A DNA stretch of 64,000 nt from Paraspadella gotoi (taxonomy: Eukaryota; Animalia; Chaetognatha), in the NCBI GenBank assembly GCA_051294375.1, contig CM119270.1, forward strand, positions 8,605,213-8,669,212. Direction: 5' to 3'. Position numbers and translations under genes: made by a program. This document shows, piece after piece, positions 29,601 to 42,300 of the stretch. The notes beneath the pieces were generated by a model that ran no database searches, was not told where the DNA came from, and worked only from the letters and a program-made list of their open reading frames with translations. The number at the start of each line of letters is the position of its first letter. Within the stretch, counting starts at the first letter, position 1.

Positions 29601-32600
29601 AAAATGATCGATTACGACAAGCTGCCGAGAGGCAGTCGGCTCGACGACGTCTTCGAGCTGCAAGGGAATCTGCAGCCGATCGATTAGCGGAAGAGACACG
29701 CGCTCAACGAGTTCCAAATGCTTCGCAAGCGCCAGCGGTCATCTCGGGACCGGCGCCGATCTTCCCCGCGTTGCCGGCGCCCATCCCGATTTCCGTCTAG
29801 GTTGGCGCGGACGTCGCGCCTTGCCGAGAGGTCTGGTCGAGTTAGCAACGGGTCTGAACGCCTTGCCTGCGAGAAGAGCCGGACCTTCAGCCGAAAACAG
29901 CCCGTCGGCGGCAAATCTGACGACTTTGACCGAGAGATTGTCCGCGATAGAGATTGTCGCCCAGCGGCAGGTCGCCGCGCACGAGATCGAACGAGAACAG
30001 TGGAGACTCGAAAGGGAGAATCTTCAGAGGAATTTTGAGGCCACGGTAATGAGAATGGTTACGATGATTTTAGGGCGCCCAGCGGCGAGAATGCAGCCCC
30101 ACGGATAGAAACGCCGCCTTCTCCACCTCGGGCACCGCTTCCTCGGACTCCTACTCATCAGCCCCACGCTTCGACTCTCCATGATTCTTTACCTCAAAGA
30201 AACAATTCTCAGAGAGATCCAGCGATCGACGCACAACAAGCGCAAATTGCTCAACTTTCAGAACACACTACGACAAGTACAAGAGAATCTGAATGCTTTT
30301 CAGCACACGAGAACGGTGGGGCGGCTTCTGGGAGGCGGCCCCGCCTCCTGAGGCTCCCCCCGCCGAGAACGATCGACTACAACAGTATTTACACTCCCAA
30401 TCGATAGAGTCGACGATCCGCATGCTCAAAGACTTACGCCCAGAAGAAATGTTAGGAATGAAGGAGCTAAAACAAAGTAGTCTTCGAAATTCACATGAGA
30501 CAATGGGAGGCGGCGATGACTCAACCTGGTGTCACCGCTCAGATGCGTCATCAGGAACTACGCCACTGGTTCGGCGGTCTCGCGCGGTTGAAACTCCAAA
30601 AATTTTTTCATCGGACTGATTATTCGGCGGCCGTAGATGAAGCCGTCGCAATGCTTCATCAGGAATTCGGACGACCCGACGCCTCGCCTCACGAAATGCT
30701 AAAAGATTGTTTAGCCGGTGGTAAGGCAACGGAAGCGACGGAGATCGACGAGACGATTACGCATCTAGAGAATATCGCCGGCATCGCGGAGGCAAAGGGC
30801 CGAATGCGCGATTTGAACCGCGACACGGTTATCTCAGAGATTCTCGACGCAAAGTTTCCTCAATGGAAAGACAAATTTGCAGAGGAAAATTCGCAATCGG
30901 TCTTTAGAAATGGACGAAAACTTACGCTTTACGAATTTATTGAATTTTTGAAAATTCACCTTGTTGCGGTGAAATCGGTCTATGGCAAAAAGAAAAGATA
31001 GCGACGACGGCTGCGGTGGCGGCGGTTGCGGCAAACACTGGCACGCTGCCCCCGTCGAACAACGGTGGCATCGAGGATCAGAAAGGGAAACGAGTGCCAC
31101 AGACTCGTTCGATTCGTCTGACGCAGCCGATCCCGCCCAACCGGAGTTGCAAAAGAAAAAGAAAAAGAAGAAGCGACGAAAGAGAGCATAACTGAAGCGA
31201 AGCCCACGGTTCCTCTCCCAGAAGCCGATTGTGCCTACATAACAGCCCAATGGCCGACTTATCCGGCCATTCAGCCGGTGCAGCCGCCGATTCAACAGGC
31301 GGCGGCTACACCTGCTCCCCAGATCCAGATGGTGACGAATACGCCAGGAGTTCCGATGTATACCTCGACGCCGACTCGCCCGTCAAACTCCGCATTGCTA
31401 CTTTTGTGGACAAGACCATATGATCTGGGAGTGTACAGGCTATCAGGCACTCGGCGTCCAGGCGAGAGCCGACTTAGCGGCAGGCCGACGATTATGTTTT
31501 AAATGTTTAACTCCTAACCATTTAGCAATTAGATGTAGATCTAGTGTATCATGTAATCAGTGCAGGGGAAATCATCATCCCATGCTGCACGGCGCGGCGC
31601 CGGTGCCCCGACAGATGCCGGTTAATCAGGTGGCACAATATCAGCCACAACTGGTTTATGTTCAAACTCCTGCTCCCGGCCATGCTACACCTACCCTTTT
31701 CCAATCCGCTCCTTCCTCATATGCTGTTTTTTCTCCTTCCCAGCCCCTTCAGGACCCTGGGACGGCGAACGCTGCGGCGACGGCGCAGGGAGGACTGGCC
31801 GATTCAGATCAAACGAGACCAATGACGACGGTTCCATGCCCCCGGCAGCAGCAGCGACACCAGCAGCGATGCCCACTCCGCAAGCGGGAACAATCAACAG
31901 TTGACTAGCAGTTGCGTTCGCTCCTGGCGAGGCGACCTTTCGTCCTGTCGTGCCAGTCGTCGTCGAGATGAACGGACGCAAACGCACGACTTATGCAATG
32001 ATCGATAGCGGCTGTAATCGCTGTGTATTGAAAGAAAACATTGCCAACGATCTAAGTATAACTTGCAATGATGTAAAAATGCGAATTCGAACTTTAGATA
32101 GTGATGTTTATTGTAGACAAGAAAGTTGCTGATTTTAATATTGAACCACTTAATGGAACTTTTTCTCTTTCTATCAGGAAAGCGATTGTGGGATGTTTAC
32201 TGACTTCGGAGGACGACCTCCCCCGTGCGATGCAGATTGGTCGACAAGCCTCATCTCAAGGGGGTAACGTTCCCCAACCTCCCTGACAAGGAGGTCGGCG
32301 TGCTCCTCCCGGCAAACTACGCCTACACTTGGATTGATGGAGAGGTTCGACGAGGTTCGCGAGACCAGCCGGTAGCATCAATACGATGTTCGGCTGGACT
32401 TTGATCGACCCAGAGATGGAAAAGCGGCGATGACGTGGATTGCGGCACGCATGACCGCCAGATTGTTGAAGATTTACCAATTGTACATAAATATATCGTT
32501 GACTTACTTGACGACTTTCGTTTAGTACAGTCGATGCAAAAGATGGTGAAAGATTATCGGTTTTGCGACTTCCGTAAAACAAAAAAAAAGTGAAATGTTG

Positions 32601-35600
32601 CGAATCTCAAACAATAAGCCAACAACTTTGTCGACAACCGTGGCGCCAACCGACAACAGATCCTTTCTCGGTCACCGAAATCCTTGCTCAGCTCCTTCCT
32701 TCCCCCTCGATGCCGGAGCTCATTTCGGCGGGGGAGAACCATTTTCAGCAAAGACGAGAACCAACCCATGATCTTTGAAAGAGACGAGGCGCCCAAGTCC
32801 GTGCCCCGCCGACTTACGGCGGGCCAGACGCGGCCTGGCGCTCGTCAGAAAGAACATTGAAGCTGATTCTGTCGCGACATCGCAGCCAAAGACCGGAAAT
32901 TGTCCATGGACGCTGTTGTATTATAGACTCGTTTTTAAAATTTTATCCATTCGTTTTTATCTATTAGCTTGTAGTATCCTTCTTGAAACGTTCGATTTTA
33001 TCATTTAAAGATTAGTTCCCCTTTTTTTTATTGTTTGCTCAACTGGTTGTTCTACTAAGAATTTGACGCGTACGCTCAAAAGAAATTTTATTTTGACGGT
33101 CTCGTGACTTGGTTAAAATTCATTGTGTAACACATTGCAAAAAATAATTTATTACTTTGATATTGATTGTGACATTCAAACGTTAGAAAGATTCAATCAC
33201 ATAAAAAGTAAAAGAAGGTACAGTTTTTGACAGGCATTGAAAACAACACGGATAAACAATATTTTCTTCCTCTCCCCTTTTCTTATTTTTTTTCATTTGT
33301 TTCTACACTTTATTTATTTCTTCTTTTCTTCACTTTGTCTTATTTCTCCGCTTCCACTATCTTGATTCTTCTCTTCCCCTTTCTTGATTCTTTCTCTTCC
33401 TCTTGGGCATGCTTTACACTGCCCCTTCCAGATCAGAGTGGTTTTCGTTGGAGTTTTTCCACCGCTCTGATGGAGCTGGGGTGGGGTGTAGAGATATGTC
33501 CCCCTTTTCCCCCATTTATTTGTTTGCCTTTTGTTATTACCATTTCTGCCGATAGATGTCTTTTTCCTTTCTTTAGGAGATTACACTCCTCTTTCTTTTC
33601 TTACCAGATATTCTAGGCCATGTAGATTCTTAGGACTTTTCCGCCCTCACCAAACTGCCTTTTACGAGGTTCCAGGACGCCCTCATGTCACCATTAGTCA
33701 CCTTTGATACCGTTCACAGACAGTGATGCCACGGCCATAGAGCTTGTGGCGAGACCACACTCCAAGAGACTCGTGGGCTTACTCGTGGTCAGACTTTAGA
33801 CCCCGTCATAGACTGGTGGATGGACTTGTGGCCCACCACATTCGGCCACACTCGGGTGACATATAGCCTCGCCGACTACTTCCTCACCAGCGAGCCGACG
33901 GTTTCGGCGCAAGCACAACGGCGCTGGACGCGGCCACGCCCACTTCTGGAGGCGTCAGCGGGGACCTGGGGGACGGCGGTCCTCCGTAACAGCACGACGG
34001 CGGCGAAGCGGAGGCGGCTACACGAGCACACGGCAAGTGTTCGTTACAGATCGGTCCATCCAATCTGTTGCGCCGCAGTGATTTTTTTTCACGGGTATTT
34101 CCCTGAAATCATATGATTAAGAAATTTATGTTTAACAAATGTCTTATATATTGTATTTGTATTTATGACACGCACTGCATAGGAATTCTGTCTTTTATTC
34201 TTTATACTATAGTTTTAGGATTTCCTGAAGGTGGCACTAGCAGTCCCTTAGATTTGAGTTTTTTCTTATCTGAATAAATGAGCAACCAAGTATAGGCTAG
34301 TTACGAGCATTTTTTAATAAAAGTCGGAAAGACCGATGGACAGTTCGACCAAAAAGATATCCAACAACATTGTAACTTTTTAAAAAATCTAATTAAAGAT
34401 TAAGTTTTTATTTTAAGCTAGATTTATTCTGAAATCATAAATTAATGATTAAATAAAATGATTAATTAATTGACTAATTGATTAATTAACTGATTAATTA
34501 TTAGATTTATTAATAATCCTGCATATACATTTAATATAAAAGGAAAAAGAAGCATAATCAATTAGTGAAACAGGTTTTTTTTTTTCAATTTAAACTAATT
34601 TCCACTCAAACGATTCTATCGAAACTTGATTTCTGTTCAATCACACACTTTCCTACCCACATATAAAATCCAGGCCAATCGCCCCATCCACTCATGAGCA
34701 ATTGGTATTCAAATAGTGATATATATTTTTTGTTTTTTAGTCGGATCTGCTTATCAGCAGATCCTGACTCTATAACTCACTTTGTCGGTCCGTCGGTCCG
34801 CCCCCTCAATATTGTCGGGCACACACTTATATCATGTCAGAACATCGAATTTGATAAATTATTCAAAAAAAATGATGTCCGTCCATCCGTCCGTCCGTCC
34901 ATCCGTCCGTCCGTCCCACCTTAGCAAAAAACATAATTACTCTGTGATTGGATGGATGGATTTAAATGAAATTTTGTGTGAGGATAGGTAAGTGTGTGAT
35001 TGAGCTGGATATGTTTCGATAGAATCGTCCAAGTGGAAATGAGTTAAATGGAAAAAACAAAAAAAATATATTCACTATTTGAACACCAATTGCTCATGAG
35101 TGGATGGGCTGATTAACCTGGAATTTTGTATGTGGGTAGGAAAGTGTGTGATTGAACAGGAAATCAAGTTTGGATGGAATAGTTTGAGTGGAAATGAGTT
35201 TAAATGGAAAAAAACAAAAAACCTGTTTTACTAATTGATTATGCTTCTTTTTCCTTTTATATTAAATGTATATGCAGGATGTATTAATAAATCAAATAAT
35301 TAATCAGTTAATTAATCAATTAGTAAATAAATTAATCAATAATTAATTAATTAGTCAATCAATCCGTCCCATCCGTCCCATCTTAGCAAAAAGCTCCCAA
35401 AACTCGTTGATTGACTGGTTGGATTGGAATTAAATTTTGTGTGTGAGTAGGAAAGTGTGTGATAAAGCAGGATATAAAGTTTCGATGAAATCGTGTGAGT
35501 GGAAATTAGTTTAAATGGAAAAAACATAAGTCGAATTTACTAAAATCTTTTTACTTATTTTAACCAATAAATACTCTAATTAATCATAATTGGATGGATA

Positions 35601-36276
35601 GATTGAGTTGAAATTTTGTGTGTTGGGTAGGAAAATGTGTGACGAAGCTTGATATAAAGTTTCAGTGGAAATGTACCAGTGGAAATGAGTTTAAATGAAA
35701 AAATATGAGTCACATTTACTTGAATCTTTTTATTTATTTTAACCCATGATAGATTGAGATGAAATTTTGTGAGCCAGTAGGAAAGTGAGTGAAGAAGCTA
35801 GATTATAAGTTTTGACGAAATGCAAGTTAAAAAATGATGCAAGTTGAAAAAATGATGCAAGTTAAAAAATCTTAAAAGCATAAGGATCGTCGCTATTGCA
35901 AAAAAGAGAGAGAGAGAAGAGAGAGTGAGAAAGAGAGAGAGTGAGAGAGAGAGAGTGAGAGAGAAGAGAAGGAGACATAAATAGAAAAATCTTAAAAGAC
36001 TCAAGATCGAGCCAGAGCCCACTATCAAAGAAAATTAATGAAAAAACCCGGGAAAAAACGAATGAATCATGCGATAACGAATTATTGATGTAATAGTAAT
36101 TGATTGAGGTAATACTAATTGATTGATGTAATAGTAATTTATGATGTAATAGGAATTGATTATTGGTTCGATGATAATCAATTATTTATGCGATGATAGT
36201 CATTCAGCATGACTGATGATGATTGTCATTCATTGATGCGATGATAGTCAATAAAACAAACAATGCGTGTATGAGT

Positions 36277-36312
<36 letters not shown>

Positions 36313-39300
36313 TGGAGAGAAAGAAATAGAATAAATCCTCGAAAATCTCGGATGAAATATGGGATTTTGTATTGAAAAAAAGCGCGGAATAAATGGTAAT
36401 AATAAAAAGTTTTTAGAAGGAAAAAAATAATCAGAATTTTTCAAAAACAAAACGATTACGCAAGAGATCGGACAGAGAGGGACAGACACACACAGAGAGA
36501 AAAGAGAGAGAGAGACAGCCGCTGCAGAAAAAAGAGAGAGAGAAAGAGCGATATATAATAATTAAAAGAGAGAGAGAGAGAGAAGCTCTACAGCCCCTTT
36601 ACTCGTTAAAGAATCAGCAGTACTATGGCGCCGGACGTAGCGTGAGCTCTTCTTTACTCAAAGGACCCGGGTTCGCACCCTGTTCGCGGCATCGTTTTTT
36701 ACATTAGTGAGCCCACATTATATCTAAAACTTTTTTTGTAAAAAAAAAAAAAAAAAGAGAGAGAGAGAGAGAAAGAAGCTGGACAGACGCTGCAGAGCCG
36801 GAACTCGTTTTTAGACAAATCAGAAGAAGCAGTGACGGAGAAAAGAGAGAGAGGAGAGAGAGCGGACATATATTTAAAAAAAGAGAGAGAGAGCGACATA
36901 TAATTAAAACGTTTTTGTTTTGTAAATAAAACAAACAAATACGAATATTGGTATGAAACATGAGAATTTTAAAGATCTTGATCTTAAAAGCCATATATGA
37001 AATTTCAACTCCCTATGATATCACACTTTCAGAAGCCATGATTGCAAAAAAGCGTGACCGAAAGCTAAACCGAATCAAAATCTAGTAATGTTATATTTGT
37101 TTGTTTTGATAAAATGTAAACAAAACATTTAATAACTGTCCTGACTCAATTTTAAGGACATCGATGATGACAAGCTGAATATTAATTATAATTAATTATT
37201 AAAATTAATTAATTAATTAATAATCTATTAATTAATTAATTAATAATCAATTAATTAATTAATTAATTAATCTAATAATTAATTAATTATCGTAGGCAGA
37301 TCCGACATTGTTTGCTCAAACTTGTTTCATTTAAACTCATTTCCACTCGGACGATTCCATTGAAACTTTATATCCAGCTCAATCACACACTTCCCTACCC
37401 ACACACAAAATTTCATTCCAATCCATCCATCCAATCACGAGTGTTTTTTGCTAAGGTGGGACGGACGGACGGACGGACAGACGGACGGACGGACATCAAT
37501 TTTTTTGCATAATTTATCATAATTCGATGTTCTGACATGATATAAGTTAGTGCCCGACAATATTGAGGGGGCGGACCGACGGACCGACAAAGTGAATTAT
37601 AGAGTCGGGATCTGCTGATAAGCAGATCCGACTAAAAAGAGAGAGAGAGAGAGAACGACATATAATTAAAACGTCTTAGTTTTGTAAATAAAACAAACAA
37701 ATCCGAATACTGATATGAAACATGACAATTTCAAAGATCTTGATGATGGGAAGCCATATCTAAATTTTTAACTCCCTATGATATCACACATTTAATAGAA
37801 TCAATGTTAAAAAAGCGTGTCGCCAACGATAACGACGACGACGTCACAAAGAAGCTGAGCCTTTGCTTAATCTCGCCAAGACGGGCTTTGGCCAGTCTGG
37901 CGAGATAAAAAGAAATTTCAACAAAAATCATAACTTATCATCCTATTCGCTGCTTACCGCTGACTGCTTGCGCCGCCTTCAGGAAATTCTAAAACTATAA
38001 AGAATAAAAGACGGAATTCCAATGCAGTTTGTGCCATAAATACAAATACAATTTAAAGATGTTTGTTATACATAAATTTCCTAGTCATATAGTCATGTGA
38101 TCATAGGGAAATGTAAAAAAAAAGTCACTGCGGCGCAACACATTGGATTGACCGATCTTGTTTACATAACAATCTGATCCGATTGGCTTCCTTATAGGTT
38201 TCTGAGTCCTACAATGTTGGTTAAGCAAGAAAAGCAAAAATTAACATTTTTTAAAAAATATCTCTTTTTAACAGTAAAAATAATTGAAAAATTATAAGGG
38301 AAAAAGAGGGAGGAAAATGTAAGCATTAGGATAGCGCCTTTCCCTCTCATTTTTAAAATAAAATTTGACTATGGACTGCTTTGAAAAATCATTGATTCAT
38401 TAGTAGAATCGAATGGCATAAAAATAAAAATATAAAAATAATTCTACAACAAATTGCTTTATACTAATTTACAATCTACTGTGCCTGTGATGTCTCTCTA
38501 ACAACAAATAAATATCTATATTCTCCTGTTAGGTTTGCAGCTGATAAAAAACGCTTCTTTCCGGGGTCAAGCTGGGGCTGGCTTGATTTCATAACCCTTA
38601 TTTTGGGAATTATAAACATTATCACCGTGCCAATACAGGCTAATTGGATTGGGAGTGAAAACTGCCGCGTTGCAAGGGAAACTCAGGGGCAAACAGTTGA
38701 TATTAGGTAATTAAATACATTAGATACATTCTTTTACTATTTAGGCGACTGCTATTTCAGAATTCTGAAGGATTTTGTATTTATCTTTGTTTTTAATTGT
38801 AACAAATCTAACTTTTCAAAAGAGTTTAACTTTAATATTTATAACTATCACTTAAACTCATACTTTTGACAAAATCTTGCCACAGCAACTATTAATAAAC
38901 ACTATGAAAATGTTTACCAATAATTTTCCTAATGTACGAGGGTGATTATTATAATTATCAAATAGTATTTAAATTTTCTTTTTTCAGTCGAAGCTCTTTT
39001 TTCATTCGCATTCTTCGTCTAGTTCGATTTCTGAGACTATTTCGGCTTCTCCGCATTTGCTTGCCAGAATCTTCTTCCATCGTCCAAAACATAAGAGACA
39101 AGGCCTTTTACAAGTGAGGCATATTACTTTGAATTTTTATATTAATGTACTTTGTACTTTATATTTGTATTCTTAGGGTATTTGCCAAAGCCGCGGGTAT
39201 GACAGAAGCTCAAGATTTTATTGCGGATAACTTGAAGCACAATATGATTGCCCCGTCCTCACTTATCGTTGATGGCATAACTGCCAGAGTTCACGCTAAC

Positions 39301-42300
39301 CGTTTCGTCGGATACAAGTGTTTTACAAGTGTTATAATTAATAATCTTTTTGCTTTATTAGTCGGATCTGCTTATCAGCAGATCCCGACTCTATAATTCA
39401 CTTTGTCGGTCCGTCGGTCCGCCCCCTCAATATTGTTGGGCAGTCACTTATATCATGTCAGAACATCGAATTATGATAAATTATGCAAAAAAAACGATGT
39501 CCGTCCGTCTGTCTGTCCGTCCGTCCGTCCTTAGCAAAAAACACCAATTACTCGTGATTGGATGGATGGATTGGAATGAAATTTTGTGTGTGGGTAGGGA
39601 AGTGTGTGAATGAGCTGTATATGAAGTTATATCTTGAAAACTATTATATTAGTGAATACTAATCTATAGTTATTTTTATTTTTGCATAAATATAGTAGCC
39701 CAGTCAGCTTATTTTGTATATAGTACTACCCTTATAAGCTTATATAATGTCAAATTTCAAAATAGTTTTTAAATTCTGAGAACAGATTCAGATTCCTTGT
39801 TGAAAGTTGATAAAAGAAAATATAACTATTTTTTTAAATTGTTAAAATATGTAGGTTAAAATTACAAAAAACTATATTTTTAAGCTCAAAATTAAAAGTC
39901 GGCATCTTAAATATAGTTTTTTAGATTTTTGACCAACTTAATAAAACAATTTTTAAAAAAGAATTATACTTTCATATATTAACTTTTTGCAAGGAATCCA
40001 AATCCGATCTTAAAATTTAAAAATTTGTATTTTGAAATTTTAGCCATTATAATTTATATACTATGGTGAACTAATATCCATTAACTGTTCATCAGCGGCC
40101 ATTGGTGCTGGAGGCAAGTCATTCGCTTCTCAACCCAAAGGTCTGGGGTTCTAGCCCGGTGGCTGCCTAGCAGTTAAGAGAGACAGGGCGCTTAACCCGC
40201 CTGTAACATGGTGTTACAGCCTGATCCAAAGTTCAGGGACTGCTTATATTGAACGGTTCTGTCATTAACACATCACAATTATCACTGATGTTCATTGGTG
40301 AGCCCGACTTTTGAACACAACAGCAACAACACTTTCAGGCGACAGGCCTCAATCTGGCGATGCACTTTCCGCCAGCAACACATCAGGCAACATGCCTTAA
40401 CTTGGTGACGCACTTTCCACCAACAACAATTCACTGAAGAGACGCAACTGACTTCTCCCTACGGGAGGGGGGGATGAATGGTGGACTAAAATCCACCAAC
40501 CGTTCATCAGCAGTCATTGGTGCTGGAGGCAAGTCATTCGCCTCTCAACCGAAAGGTCCGGGGTTTTAGCCCGGTGGCTGCCTAGCAGTTAAGAGGGACG
40601 GGGCGCTTAACCCGCCAGTAACATGGTGTTACAGCCTGATCCAAAGCTCAGGGACTGCTTATATTGAACGGTTCGGTCATTAACACATAACAATTATCAC
40701 TGTCTCTTCAATACTTATTATTATATATTTATTTGGGCAAAATGATTTTTGTTTCACAACGAATTTTATTTTATCATATAAACGTACATGTTTCGGCTTT
40801 GGATACAAGCCTTCTTCAGCGTCAATGATTTGTGAAAATTTGTACAGTTTTTTGTGTGAAAGAAGGGAGAGAGAGAGAGAGAGAGAGGGCAAAGTTTCCA
40901 ACACAGAGTTGAGAAAAAAGAATAGTGGCGTGTCATTGGTTGAGAGGACAATTGAACCGAATATGTTATTATCGGGCTAGGGAGGCTTCCTTGCGGAAAC
41001 ATTCCAAGTGCTACTCGAATGTCTCTTTGGCCTGATACGCCTGCCAGCTGCCCTCTTCTCGCCTGCTGACGAGGTGGGCGGTTGTCAGTTCTTGCCACTT
41101 TTGTGACAGGAGTGCTGGACTCCTCCCCCTCCTCCTGAAGCCGTCGTTTTGGTCGACGCTCGGTCCCCAGAGAGAGGGATTGAGTTCCTACCAGTCGAAG
41201 AGGAGAGGCATCGCCTGCCCATTGCCTGCGTAAGGGTCTCCGCCTGTCACGTTGAGTAGCAACAGGGGAATCATTGTGCGGACGTGGTGGAGGCGGGGCT
41301 TCCACCACGCTTTTTATAAGCGAATCATAGTTGGAGGGAGGTCGAATCGTCCTCCATCACGGTTCAAAGAGGTTCAAGAGCTTTGATATAGATGCCTCCC
41401 TAATACCTCTTGAGAACCAGTTCGGGTCATGGGACAGCACGAGACAGTCTGACTCTCTAAATGAGTGGCCAGTGTTTGCTGTGTGCTCAGCAACAGCGGA
41501 CAGGAGTGCCCGCGAGCGTCACGGTAGGGTTTCGTATATTGAGGATTTTACCGTAACGCCGTGAGCGAGCTAGTGTTTTCTGACCTGCTATTTATTATAA
41601 AGATTCGAAGAATGTAAAAATTAGTAATATTTATATGTGAGTTATTCAGTAGAGACGATGAGCAAGCTAGCGTGAGACGTGAAGCACAGTAGAAGGGAGA
41701 CATAAAGCAAGTCGAAGGAGATCAAGATAAGGCAAAAGTCGAAGAGCTAAGCTCGAAGGGAGACTATTATCTAGAAGATAGCAATCAAAAAACATCTAAA
41801 GATACTTATAATAAAAAAAAATAAAGTCAACTTTAAGCTTAACCATAAAATTACAAATATCATTTTAAATGCTTAACGCATCGTCACGAAATCATTGGTA
41901 ACTTATCCTCTTAGTTTTAGGTAAGCACATCTCTTTTATATCTTGTTAAGGCACAATCATAAGGACTAACCAATCAGAGAGACGACGTTTAAAATACTTG
42001 ATCAAACAGATACTTCGTAAGCAACAAAATACGAATTCAATAATAAAAAGGGCATCAAACAACCGACGAGAGACTATCTCGTAACAAATAAATTTAACAT
42101 CGTATGTTGCTAGAACCGATCCGTCAGAGACTTCCTGTCTCGCCCACGTAGCTGCTGTGACAGGGTTGGTTGCCCGCTCACTTTGAGCTCTATCTTAATT
42201 CTTAATTTCTAACTTTATAACAATCTTCTACACTAAATGTATCTTTCACTTTCACATTTCATTTCACCTTCACTTATTTATTTATTAAATAGTTAATTGT

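Noticed and set aside
40095-40167. Functional tRNA genes in the LTR repeats
   Set aside because: D and anticodon arms are irregular and the units sit inside TSD-flanked repeats.
40766-41308. 180-aa minus-strand ORF as a host gene
   Set aside because: Lies in the Penelope 3' tail downstream of the GIY-YIG remnant.
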